This document shows positions 1 through 9,228 of a stretch of 64,000 nt of DNA, piece after piece. Under the pieces are notes generated by a model, which saw nothing but the letters and a program-made list of their open reading frames with translations, had not been told where the DNA came from and did no database searches. The position numbers and the translations under genes are program-made. This DNA is from Tannerella sp. (GTDB taxonomy: Bacteria > Bacteroidota > Bacteroidia > Bacteroidales > Tannerellaceae), in NCBI GenBank assembly GCA_031276175.1, contig JAISNP010000045.1:6262-70261 (forward strand), given 5' to 3'. Numbering within the stretch: the stretch's first letter is position 1; each line of letters opens with the position of its first letter.

Positions 1-30
1 TATAATCGGGTTCCGTCATCTTCGATATTA

Positions 31-813
31 TTATGATATAACAAATGCGTCGGCATCTTTCCACACGGGAAACTTTGCGCGAGAGGTATCCAAAGCCTTT
101 TTGTTCATTCCGCAAGTCACCGTCTCCTCGTCGCTTCCGGCTTCGGCCATCCTGTCTCCGCGCGGCGAGCAGAGCATCGACCCGCCGGCGTAGCAAAGTT
201 CTCGTCCGTCCTCGCCCGTCCGGTTCACGCCGCAGACGAACGCCATGTTTTCGACCGCCCTTGCCGGCAGGAGTATTTGCCACGCCTCCCGGCGCGTCGC
301 CGGCCAGTTGGAGGTATAAATCAGCAGGTCGTATTCGTTGCCCACGTTGCGGCTCCATACCGGGAAGCGCAGGTCGTAGCATACGAGCAGGCATATGCGC
401 CAGCCGAGGTATTCGACTATAAGCCGCTTGCGCCCGGCCGTGTAATGCCGTCCTTCGCCGCCCGGCCCGAACAGATGGCGCTTGTCGCTGTGATACGTCG
501 CGCCTTCGGGCGTCACGAAAAAGGCGCGGTTGTAATACGCCCCGTCTTCGGCGGCCATAAAGCTGCCTGCGACGGCTATCCCGAAAGTCGACGCCCAATG
601 CTTCACCGTCGACATGGTCTCGCCCGTCATCGACTCGGCCAGCGCTTCTGCCCGCATCGAAAACCCGGTGGAGAACATTTCGGGCAAAACAGCCAGATGC
701 GTCTGCCCCGCCGTCGGGCGAAGCAGTTCGCCGAACCGGCGGAGGTTTTCCGCCTTGTCTTCCCAGTCGATGTAAGACTGTATCATACTTACGTGCAACG
801 TATCGCTATCCAT
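31..813 (-). CDS. Carbon-nitrogen hydrolase (nitrilase superfamily amidohydrolase, YafV/omega-amidase-like)
   Basis: 260-aa ORF with nitrilase-superfamily Glu/Lys/Cys contexts (LAVLPEMFSTGF, HSDKRHLF, CLLVCYDLRFP). A promoter box lies upstream. Confidence 0.85.
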   Translation of the reverse strand: MDSDTLHVSMIQSYIDWEDKAENLRRFGELLRPTAGQTHLAVLPEMFSTGFSMRAEALAESMTGETMSTVKHWASTFGIAVAGSFMAAEDGAYYNRAFFVTPEGATYHSDKRHLFGPGGEGRHYTAGRKRLIVEYLGWRICLLVCYDLRFPVWSRNVGNEYDLLIYTSNWPATRREAWQILLPARAVENMAFVCGVNRTGEDGRELCYAGGSMLCSPRGDRMAEAGSDEETVTCGMNKKALDTSRAKFPVWKDADAFVIS

Positions 814-922
814 TTTATTCCGTTTCTATTTATTTCGGGAAATGCGCCCTGCGCCCCTCCTGCGCCTGTTTGCGCACGGCCGGGGGCCGGACGATCGGCC
901 GGCTTTGTGCCGACCGGCGTGA

Positions 923-930
923 CAAAGTTA
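923..930 (-). promoter_or_regulatory. Bacteroidetes -7 promoter box (TAACTTTG on minus strand)
   Basis: The reverse complement of caaagtta matches TAnnTTTG. It lies about 110 nt upstream of the start codon at 813. Confidence 0.5.
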
Positions 931-1135
931 ATACTTTTTTTCTTTCCGGAGGCATACTTCGCACGATGCGCTTCGAATGAGCGCCTCCGCGCCCTCCCGG
1001 CAATCAGTTAAAAATGAAGCGTCGCGGCGCGGCGCGCACGCAGGCGATCCGGTAACGGGAATGACCGGGTTAACCCGTTGCGTCCGTTGCGGCGCGGCGT
1101 TTAAGTAGACGGAAGATGCGGCGCGGCGCGGGAGG

Positions 1136-1375
1136 CTCGCTGTCTTCCGCGAGGTTCTCGCTGTCCTCCGCGAGACGCTCGCTGTCCTCCGCGAGGTTCT
1201 CGCTGTCCTCCGCGAGACATTCGCTGTCTTCCGCGAGACTCTCGCTGTCCTCCGCGAGGCGCTCGCTGTCCTTCGCGAGGTTCTCGCTGTCTGTCGCGAG
1301 ACGCTCGCTGTCCTTCGCGAGGCGTTCGCGGACTGTCGCGAGAACTTGGCGGACTGTCGCGAGGCGCTCGCTTTT
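1136..1375. repeat. Tandem array A: 12 units of exactly 21 bp (CTCGCTGTCYTCCGCGAGnnn)
   Basis: Unit starts at 1136, 1157, 1178, 1199, 1220, 1241, 1262, 1283, 1304, 1325, 1346 and 1367, checked by hand. Each unit carries the short inverted repeat CTCGC..GCGAG. Confidence 0.95.
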
Positions 1376-1506
1376 ATCCGGTTTTTTGCGGCAGGGATGC
1401 GCTATGCGGTGGCAGGGGGACGGGCGAATATTTCGGGGTGCGTATGCGGTCGGCGGCGAGCCGGCGGCGGCGGGTTTGTATGAAGGTGCGGCCTGGGGGT
1501 GTTGTT

Positions 1507-2541
1507 TTACACAAAAAGGCGCATCACGGTGTATACCGCGGCGGCGAGCAGGGCGCTGACGGGGATGGTGAGTATCCATGCCCAAAGCAGGTTGAGGGCG
1601 ACGCCCCAGCGGACGGCGGCGAGGCGCTTGACGGCGCCTACGCCCATGATGCTTCCGGTGATTACGTGGGTGGTGCTGACGGGTACTTTCAGTATTTCCG
1701 TCAGGAACAGCGTCAGTCCGCCTGCCATCTGGGCGCAAAAGCCGTCGAAGGCTGTGAGGCGCGTGATTTTGTTGCCCATCGTTTTCATTATTTTCCATCC
1801 GCCGGACATTGTGCCCAGCGCGATGGCGGTGAAGCAGCAGAGCGGCACCCAGTCGTGGATGTCGTGCATGGAGGAGAGTTGCATCCATTGGGGCAGGGAG
1901 GCGGCGTCGACCGAGGCGTTGAAGGAGATGAGCGCTACGCCGATTATGCCCATTACTTTTTGTGAATCGTTAAGTCCGTGGCCGATGCTCAGCACGGCGG
2001 AGGAGACGAGTTGGAGGCGTCGGAACCACTTTTCGACGCCGGCGGGTTTCGATTTCTTTACCGGATGCATGGCGATGAGCATGATGCACATTCCTCCGAA
2101 CATGCCGGTCAGCGGAGCTATGGCGATGAAGGCGATAATTTTCCATATCACGCCCGGCTCGATGGACTGGAAGCCTGCGCAGGCGATGGCTGCGCCCGAG
2201 AAGCCGCCTATGAGCGTGTGCGAGGAGGAGGAGGGTATGCCGAACCACCAGGTGACGAGGTTCCAGATGATGGCGGCTACCAGTCCGGACAGGATGACGG
2301 GCAGGGTGATGAATTCGGCGATGACCGTCTTGGACACCGTGTCGGCTATGCCGAAGTCGCCGATAATATATTTGGCGATGAAGAATGCCGCGAAGTTGAA
2401 GAATGCCGCCCAGATTACGGCTTGCGCCGTGGTGAGTACTTTGGTCGTAACTACGGTGGCAATCGAGTTGGCCGCGTCGTGGAAGCCGTTGATGTAGTCG
2501 AACACGATGGCCAGCACGAGAATTGCAATCAACATGCCCAT
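1507..2541 (-). CDS. Inorganic phosphate transporter, PiT family
   Basis: 344-aa polytopic membrane protein with FDYINGFHDAANSIAT and GGWKIMKTMG motifs typical of PitA/PiT. Confidence 0.9.
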   Translation of the reverse strand: MGMLIAILVLAIVFDYINGFHDAANSIATVVTTKVLTTAQAVIWAAFFNFAAFFIAKYIIGDFGIADTVSKTVIAEFITLPVILSGLVAAIIWNLVTWWFGIPSSSSHTLIGGFSGAAIACAGFQSIEPGVIWKIIAFIAIAPLTGMFGGMCIMLIAMHPVKKSKPAGVEKWFRRLQLVSSAVLSIGHGLNDSQKVMGIIGVALISFNASVDAASLPQWMQLSSMHDIHDWVPLCCFTAIALGTMSGGWKIMKTMGNKITRLTAFDGFCAQMAGGLTLFLTEILKVPVSTTHVITGSIMGVGAVKRLAAVRWGVALNLLWAWILTIPVSALLAAAVYTVMRLFV

Positions 2542-2544
2542 GCG

Positions 2545-3195
2545 TCAGGCGTATTTTACGATGATGGTTTTAATCACCTTGCCCACCGTGTTGACTTTGT
2601 TGGCCGAGCGTTCGAGTTCCTGTATGATTTCTTTGAGTTTGATCAGTTCTAGCGTTTTGATGTTGCTGTGGAATAGTTCTGTGATGCCTTTTTCGTATAT
2701 CGCATCGGCTTCTTCTTCCAGGGACTTGATTTTTTTCGTGCATCCGCGCACTGCGGTAGCGGATTTCCTGAGCCTGCCGAGTGCCTGTACGGCTGTGCGG
2801 ACTTCTTCCGTCTCGCGCCTGATGATTTCGGTAAGCAGCCGCGTGGACGGCGGAAGCTCTTCGGGGGTATACAGGACTACTTTTTGCGCCGAGCGGTTGA
2901 CGGCGTCGATGGCGTCGTCTATCTCGTCGGCCAGCGTGCTGATGTCTTCCCTGTCGAAGGGGGTGATGAACGTATTGTTCAGTTCCTTGAAGATTTTCTT
3001 CATCAGCTTGTCGCCTTTCAGTTCCTCGTCTTTAATCAGTTTGCACAGGTGCGCCGCTGTGCCGTCTCCGGTCGTGGCGAACAGTTCGTGCAGGAGTATG
3101 GCCGCACGGTTCAGCACGTCAGCCATTTCGTTCAGCAGCGGAAAGAATTTCCCGTCTTTGGGCGTAAAGAAGCCTGTCAATGCGTTTATGTTCAT
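2545..3195 (-). CDS. DUF47/PhoU-like phosphate transport regulator (PiT partner)
   Basis: 216-aa helical protein with 3 intervening bp between it and the PiT gene. This is the usual DUF47-PiT pairing. Confidence 0.85.
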   Translation of the reverse strand: MNINALTGFFTPKDGKFFPLLNEMADVLNRAAILLHELFATTGDGTAAHLCKLIKDEELKGDKLMKKIFKELNNTFITPFDREDISTLADEIDDAIDAVNRSAQKVVLYTPEELPPSTRLLTEIIRRETEEVRTAVQALGRLRKSATAVRGCTKKIKSLEEEADAIYEKGITELFHSNIKTLELIKLKEIIQELERSANKVNTVGKVIKTIIVKYA

Positions 3196-3259
3196 ATGCG
3201 ATAAATTGTATTTGCTGTCGGCGATAAAAAAGTATCCGCCGGGAGATACGCCGCGCGCG

Positions 3260-4051
3260 TCATACGGACGCTTTCAGTCCCCGGACTACGGCGGGGGTAA
3301 AGCCGGCATTTTCCATTTCGTTCAGGCCTTTAATCGTCAGCCCGCCGGGAGTGGTGACTTTGTCTATTTCCGCTTCGGGATGATTGCCGTTTGCCTCCAG
3401 CAGTGCGACGGCGCCCTTGAGCGTTTGCAAAACGACGTCTTTTGCCTGCGCGGGATAAAGGCCGAGTTCTACGCCGCCTTCCGTCGCCGCGCGGATGTAG
3501 CGGAAGGCATAGGCGATGCCGCACGATGCGAGCGAGGTGCCCGCCGCCATCAGGCGTTCGCCGATGAGCATCGTGGTGCCAAGCTCGTCGAAGATGCGTA
3601 CCACCGTGTCGATCTGGCTTTGGGTAGCGTTTTGCGAAGCGATGAACGTCATGCTCTGCCGCACCTCGACGGCCGTATTGGGAATCAGGCGGAACAGCGC
3701 GGGCACGACGTCCTTGTGGTTGTCCAGATACTTGTCGAGCCGGGCAAATTCGACGCCTCCCGCAATAGAGATGATGATTTGTCGCTCGTAGTCCAGCGCC
3801 TGCTTGATTCCGTAGATCACCTCTTCGAGCAGCCACGGCTTGACGGCAAGAATCACAATGTCGGCCGCATCTACGGCTGCCTTGTTGTCGGTAAACGTGC
3901 GTATTGCTCCGTGAATTTCGCGCACCCTGTCGAGCGCGTCCTGCGATTCGTCGGCGCACGCAATGTCGAACGGCTTTATCAGCGTTCCTCCCGTCAGGCC
4001 GCGCACGATGGCGCGACCCATATTTCCCGTACCTATAATTGTTATTTTCAT
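3260..4051 (-). CDS. proC: Pyrroline-5-carboxylate reductase
   Basis: 263 aa with an N-terminal Rossmann motif (IIGTGNMG) and a C-terminal ProC signature (VTTPGGLTIKGL). Confidence 0.9.
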   Translation of the reverse strand: MKITIIGTGNMGRAIVRGLTGGTLIKPFDIACADESQDALDRVREIHGAIRTFTDNKAAVDAADIVILAVKPWLLEEVIYGIKQALDYERQIIISIAGGVEFARLDKYLDNHKDVVPALFRLIPNTAVEVRQSMTFIASQNATQSQIDTVVRIFDELGTTMLIGERLMAAGTSLASCGIAYAFRYIRAATEGGVELGLYPAQAKDVVLQTLKGAVALLEANGNHPEAEIDKVTTPGGLTIKGLNEMENAGFTPAVVRGLKASV

Positions 4052-4071
4052 ACGTTTTCGTTTTTACGCGA

Positions 4072-4079
4072 CAAATATA
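4072..4079 (-). promoter_or_regulatory. -7 promoter box (TATATTTG on minus strand) for proC
   Basis: Matches TAnnTTTG about 20 nt upstream of the proC start. Confidence 0.55.
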
Positions 4080-4348
4080 CGCGAAATATTCGGAACAGAT
4101 ACAAAAGGATATGATTTGGGTGCGCGCCTGAGTTGCATCCGTCGGGCGGCGCAGGTTTTTTCTTTACGGCATCGGCTGAAAAACCGTAACACTGCGTTGT
4201 TCTGCTTCGGATACCGGCGGGGAGGAAAAGGGGGCGAGGGGAAAATTGCCTGATACGCGCCTGTATGCTTATGCGGTTTCCGCGGAAAACGGGCGCATTA
4301 AATTTAGTCAAAACATATGGGCTGCTTATTCCCGAATGAATTATTCAG

Positions 4349-4356
4349 TACTTTTG
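4349..4356 (+). promoter_or_regulatory. -7 promoter box TACTTTTG for the EamA gene
   Basis: Matches TAnnTTTG 21 nt before the ATG at 4377. This favours the 4377 start over the longest-ORF start at 4317. Confidence 0.55.
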
Positions 4357-4376
4357 CCCCGTCTAACATTGAATTT

Positions 4377-5318
4377 ATGATCGGAAAGGAAAAATTAAAG
4401 GGACACGGGATCATACTGGTTGTAAACGTATTGTTTGCCGTCAATATATCCGTTTCGAAATCGTTGATTCCGGCAGGAATGGCTCCCGAGGCGCTGACGT
4501 TGCTTCGTATCTTCTTTGCCGTGGCGATGTTCTGGCTGTCGTCCCTGTTTGTCGGGCGCGAAAAGGTGGCGCTCAAAGATTTGGGATTGCTTTTCATCTG
4601 TTCGTGCGCAGGGATAGCCTTTAACCAGAGTTTGTTTATGGAAGGATTGAATCTGACTTCGCCCGTCGATGCGTCCATCATTGCTACCGCCGGCCCGATA
4701 TACGTGATGCTGCTGGCGGCGCTGATACTGAAGGAGCCGATTACGAAGCAGAAGGTCTTCGGCGTAGCGCTGGGCGTAGGGGGCGGGGCGCTGGTGATAC
4801 TTTCTTCCGCCGGTTCGGACGACCGCAGCAGCAGTCTGGGCGGCGACATGCTCATTGTAACCAGCAATCTGCTTTATTCGATATATATCGTCATCTCGCG
4901 TCCGCTGAGCCGGCGCTATTCGGCCGTCACCATCATGAAATGGATGTTCCTCTTTTCGATGCTCATGCTTACGCCGTTCATGTACCGGCATGTGCTCGAT
5001 GCGCCTGCGTTCCGTCACAGCGCGATAGAGTGGGGAGAAACGCTTCGCATCGTCTTCGTGCTGCTGGGCGGCACGTTCATTCCTTACCTGCTCATCCCGA
5101 TGTCTCTCAAACGCTTGCGACCGACTACCGTCAGCATGTACAGCTATATCCAGCCGATTATCGCCTCGCTGCTGGCCGTGGCGGTGGGGCAGGGCAGTTT
5201 TACCGTCGACAAACTGCTTGCCGCCCTGCTTGTGTTTACGGGCGTGTATTTGGTGACGATGAGTAAAGCGCGCGAAGATGTCGAACGGGAAAAGCGGCAG
5301 TCGCAGGTTCCGGAATAG
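4377..5318 (+). CDS. EamA/DMT family transporter
   Basis: About 10 predicted TM helices in a duplicated EamA-like architecture. The start was chosen downstream of the promoter box. Confidence 0.8.
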   Translation: MIGKEKLKGHGIILVVNVLFAVNISVSKSLIPAGMAPEALTLLRIFFAVAMFWLSSLFVGREKVALKDLGLLFICSCAGIAFNQSLFMEGLNLTSPVDASIIATAGPIYVMLLAALILKEPITKQKVFGVALGVGGGALVILSSAGSDDRSSSLGGDMLIVTSNLLYSIYIVISRPLSRRYSAVTIMKWMFLFSMLMLTPFMYRHVLDAPAFRHSAIEWGETLRIVFVLLGGTFIPYLLIPMSLKRLRPTTVSMYSYIQPIIASLLAVAVGQGSFTVDKLLAALLVFTGVYLVTMSKAREDVEREKRQSQVPE

Positions 5319-5540
5319 TTTTTTCGCGCCTGATGATTCCCGATTGGAAAATAATGCGTAATATTGTCCCGGAATAAAACGCCGAACATGACGAATGTAT
5401 CATTTGCATATTATACGTGGGCAATAATGTCCGTCCCCGTGTGGGGATAAGCAGGAAGACAGGCGCGGCATCGACCGTTGCAGAGTCGGCGTACATCATT
5501 TTTTTCTCAATAATCCATATTCACTTTTAATATTGATACG

Positions 5541-7982
5541 ATGAAAGTATTGAAATTCGGCGGAACGTCGGTAGGTTCCGTGAACAGCATCCTGAGTGTA
5601 AAAAAAATAGTAGAATCGGTTGGAGAGCCGGTCACGGTTGTCGTATCCGCGCTGGGCGGGATAACCGACAAGTTGCTCGCGACCGCCAACATGGCTGCAA
5701 ACGGCGACAGGACATACGAGCGGTCGCTTTCCGAAATCATCATGCGCCATCTGGATATAATCGAAGGCGTAATCCCCGACGAAGCGTGGCGCAGGACGAC
5801 GCGGACAGACATCATGACCCTGCTGGACGAATTGTCCAACATCCTGAAAGGCGTCTGCCTGATCAGCGACCTGTCGGCAAAAACGTCCGATACGATAGTC
5901 AGCTACGGCGAACGGCTCTCGTCGCGTATCCTGACGAACGTCGTTAGGGACGCCCGTTTGTTCGACGCGCGGAAGTTCATCAAGACCATCAGGCAGTTCA
6001 ACAAACACATTGTCGATTTCGAACTCACCAACCGGCTGATTAAGGAAACGTTTGCCGCGCCGCCCGATGTGGCGATAGTGCCGGGATTCATTTCTTCCAG
6101 CAGGGACAACGGCGAGATAACCAACCTCGGCCGCGGCGGCTCGGACTACACCGCTTCCATCCTTGCGGCGGCGCTCGACGCTTCCATCCTTGAGATATGG
6201 ACGGATGTGGACGGCTTCATGACGGCAGACCCGAAGGTGATTAACTCGACATACGTGATAGAGCGGCTGTCGTTCACCGAAGCCATGGAACTGTGCAACT
6301 TCGGGGCGAAGGTGATCTATCCTCCTACGATCTATCCCGTATACCACAAGAATATCCCCATCAGGATATGCAACACCTTCAATCCCGACGCGCCGGGCAC
6401 GTACATCTCCGGCGACTGCCACCCGAACGAGCGGAAAGCGCTGATCACAGGCATCTCGTCTATCGACGACACGTGCCTCGTCACCGTGCAGGGACTGGGC
6501 ATGGTGGGCGTGATAGGCGTAAACTACCGCATATTCAAAACCCTGGCCAAAAACGGCATCAGCGCGTTCATGGTCTCGCAGGCCAGTTCGGAAAACAATA
6601 CCACCATCGCCGTGAAAAACGAAGACGCCGACCTCGCCGTACAGGTGCTGAACGAAGAGTTTGCGCTCGAACGCGCGCAGGGCGAAGTCAACGACATGGT
6701 TGCCGAGAAAGACCTGGCAACCGTCGCCATTGTGGGCGAAAACATGAAGCGCACGCCGGGAATTGCCGGCAAGCTGTTCGGCACGCTGGGACGCGCCGGC
6801 ATAAGCGTCATCGCCTGCGCACAGGGCGCTTCGGAAACAAACATCTCGTTCGTCATCAAGCGCAATTCGCTGCGGAAAGCGTTGAACTCCATTCACGACT
6901 CGTTTTTTCTCTCCGAATATAAAGCGCTGAACCTGTTTGTCGCAGGCGTGGGGACGGTCGGCGGCAAGCTGATCGAACAAATCCGGCTGCAGCAGGACTT
7001 GCTGATGAAACAAAACGGACTGAAGCTGAATCTCGTCGGGATAGCCAACTCCAAAAAAGCATTGATCAACCGCGGCGGGCTGAATCTGGATACGTGCATC
7101 GCCGAACTGAAAAGCGGCGGCCAACCCTCGTCGCACGAGGTATTGCTGGACGAGATTCTGAAGATGAACATCTTCAACTCCGTCTTCGTCGACTGCACGC
7201 CCAGCGAAGAGATTGCTTCCATCTACGAATCGCTGCTGAGCAACAACATCTCGGTCGTGGCGGCCAACAAAATCGCCGCATCGTCGTCATACGCCAATTA
7301 CCACCGGCTGAAGGAAACGGCGCGCCGGCGCGGCATCAAGTATCTGTTTGAAACAAACGTGGGCGCGGGACTGCCGATAATCAACACGATGAACGACCTC
7401 ATAAACAGCGGCGACCATATCCTGCACCTGGAAGCGGTGCTTTCGGGCACGCTCAACTTTATTTTCAACACGCTGAGCGCCGACATCCCTTTCAGCAAAG
7501 CCATCCTGATGGCGAAAGAAGCGCGGTATGCCGAGCCTGACCCGCGCGTAGACCTGAGCGGAACGGACGTGATTCGCAAACTTGTCATCCTTGCACGCGA
7601 AGCAGGATACACGGTAGAAAAGGAAGACGTGAAGATAAACCTCTTTATCCCCGAAAAATATTTTGAAGGCACGCCGGAAGATTTCCGGACAAAGATCCGC
7701 GAACTCGACGACGACTTTGAAGCCATGCGCAAAAGGGTGGAGGCAGAAAAGAAACGCATCCGCTTAGTGGCCGGAATGGACAGGGGACGATGCGAAATAG
7801 GGCTTCAGGAAGTAGACCGCCACCATCCTTTCTACGAACTGGAGGGAAGCAACAACATCATCATGATTTCTACCGAACGGTACAGAGACTATCCGATGAT
7901 CATCAAAGGCTACGGCGCAGGCGACGATGTAACGGCCGCAGGCGTGTTTGCCGACATTATTTCCATTGCGAACATCAGGTGA
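5541..7982 (+). CDS. thrA: Bifunctional aspartokinase / homoserine dehydrogenase I
   Basis: 813 aa with an N-terminal kinase motif (KFGGTSVGS), central ACT-like regions and a C-terminal homoserine dehydrogenase domain. Confidence 0.95.
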   Translation: MKVLKFGGTSVGSVNSILSVKKIVESVGEPVTVVVSALGGITDKLLATANMAANGDRTYERSLSEIIMRHLDIIEGVIPDEAWRRTTRTDIMTLLDELSNILKGVCLISDLSAKTSDTIVSYGERLSSRILTNVVRDARLFDARKFIKTIRQFNKHIVDFELTNRLIKETFAAPPDVAIVPGFISSSRDNGEITNLGRGGSDYTASILAAALDASILEIWTDVDGFMTADPKVINSTYVIERLSFTEAMELCNFGAKVIYPPTIYPVYHKNIPIRICNTFNPDAPGTYISGDCHPNERKALITGISSIDDTCLVTVQGLGMVGVIGVNYRIFKTLAKNGISAFMVSQASSENNTTIAVKNEDADLAVQVLNEEFALERAQGEVNDMVAEKDLATVAIVGENMKRTPGIAGKLFGTLGRAGISVIACAQGASETNISFVIKRNSLRKALNSIHDSFFLSEYKALNLFVAGVGTVGGKLIEQIRLQQDLLMKQNGLKLNLVGIANSKKALINRGGLNLDTCIAELKSGGQPSSHEVLLDEILKMNIFNSVFVDCTPSEEIASIYESLLSNNISVVAANKIAASSSYANYHRLKETARRRGIKYLFETNVGAGLPIINTMNDLINSGDHILHLEAVLSGTLNFIFNTLSADIPFSKAILMAKEARYAEPDPRVDLSGTDVIRKLVILAREAGYTVEKEDVKINLFIPEKYFEGTPEDFRTKIRELDDDFEAMRKRVEAEKKRIRLVAGMDRGRCEIGLQEVDRHHPFYELEGSNNIIMISTERYRDYPMIIKGYGAGDDVTAAGVFADIISIANIR

Positions 7983-8007
7983 AACGGCAACAGCCTCCAC
8001 AAAAAAA

Positions 8008-9228
8008 ATGAAATACATAATCATCCTCGGCGACGGCATGGCCGACGAACCCGTCCCGGCGCTGGGCAACCGGACGCCGCTGCAATATGCCCGGACGCCG
8101 CATATGGACGAGTTGGCGCGACGGGGCGTGACCGGACGACTGCAAACCGTTCCCGCCGGATTTCATCCCGGCAGCGAAGTGGCCAACCTCGCCGTGCTGG
8201 GATACGACCTGCGCCGCGTCTACGAAGGGCGCGCCGTGCTCGAAGCGGCAAGCATGGGCATCGCCCTCCGGGAAGGCGAACTGGCGTTGCGATGCAACCT
8301 CGTCTGCATCGAAGGCGACAGGCTGAAGAACCATTCGGCCGGACACGTATCGAACGAGGAGGCCGCCGAGCTGATTTCGTTTCTGAACGAACAGGCGGGT
8401 GATGCGCAGGCGCGGTTCCATGCCGGCGTATCGTATCGCCACCTGCTGGTCATGCCCGGCGGAGACAGGCGGCTGGACTGCACGCCGCCGCACGACATCC
8501 CGATGCAGCCCTTCCGCCCCGCGCTGGCAAAGGCCGCGCATCCCGATGCCCTGCAAACGGCGGAACGCCTGAACAGGCTCGTCGCCCTCTCGCAGGAAAT
8601 ACTGCCGCACCATCCCGTGAACACGAAAAGGAGGGCTGCCGGAAAAGATCCGGCTAACAGCATCTGGCCATGGTCGCCGGGATTCAGGCCGGACATGCCG
8701 ACGCTCAAGGCGCTGTACGGCATCGAAACGGGCGCGGTGATTTCTGCCGTCGATCTGATTCGCGGCATCGGCGTGTATGCCGGAATGGACGTCATTGCGG
8801 TGGAAGGAGCAACGGGACTGCACGACACGAACTACGAGGGCAAGGCGCAGGCCGCCGTTAAGGCGCTGGAAACGCACGATCTGGTATACCTGCACGTCGA
8901 AGCGAGCGACGAAGCGGGACACGACGGCGACGCCCGGCTGAAGGTGCGCACCATCGAAGCGCTGGACGCGCGCATCGCAGGCCCCATCTGCGAAGCCGTC
9001 CGCACGTGGCCTGAGCCGGTGGCCGTCGCCGTCCTGCCCGACCACCCGACGCCCTGCGCCCTGCGCACGCATACGGCCGACCCCGTCCCCTTCCTCATCT
9101 GCAAGCCGGGGCTGGAGCCGGACGGCGTGGCCGTCTACGACGAATACGCCGTATCGCGCGGCAAGTTCGGCCTGCTGCACGGCAACAGGTTCATCAGGGA
9201 ATTGCTTCACGCCGACAAACAGTTATGA
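8008..9228 (+). CDS. Cofactor-independent phosphoglycerate mutase-like (ApgM family) protein, candidate non-canonical homoserine kinase
   Basis: Metalloenzyme-superfamily motifs LGDGMADEP and HVEASDEAGHDGD. The gene sits between thrA and thrC and overlaps thrC by 4 bp. The start was set at MKYIIILGDG. Confidence 0.85.
   Translation: MKYIIILGDGMADEPVPALGNRTPLQYARTPHMDELARRGVTGRLQTVPAGFHPGSEVANLAVLGYDLRRVYEGRAVLEAASMGIALREGELALRCNLVCIEGDRLKNHSAGHVSNEEAAELISFLNEQAGDAQARFHAGVSYRHLLVMPGGDRRLDCTPPHDIPMQPFRPALAKAAHPDALQTAERLNRLVALSQEILPHHPVNTKRRAAGKDPANSIWPWSPGFRPDMPTLKALYGIETGAVISAVDLIRGIGVYAGMDVIAVEGATGLHDTNYEGKAQAAVKALETHDLVYLHVEASDEAGHDGDARLKVRTIEALDARIAGPICEAVRTWPEPVAVAVLPDHPTPCALRTHTADPVPFLICKPGLEPDGVAVYDEYAVSRGKFGLLHGNRFIRELLHADKQL

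Noticed and set aside
1070-1888. Repetitive heptad-like ORFs spanning the arrays (also 12335-12808, 20460-20885, 32593-33200, 55027-55357 and 62407-62956)
   Set aside because: The arrays are stop-free in several frames on both strands simply because a 21-bp unit without stop codons is repeated. Multiple mutually exclusive frames are open, and none has a promoter box or a credible start context. I treat them as non-coding repeats.
5319-5540. Attenuator or leader peptide upstream of thrA
   Set aside because: There are only weak 4-5-bp stems (TCCCC-GTGT-GGGGA and CGAC..GTCG before a T-run). The one small ORF (MTNVSFAYYTWAIMSVPVWG) is not Thr/Ile-rich. The evidence is insufficient.
7948-8007. 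Longer start for the ApgM-like gene overlapping the thrA end
   Set aside because: The conserved family N-terminus begins at MKYIIILGDGMADEP (8008). The upstream 20 codons lie inside thrA and add no conserved sequence.
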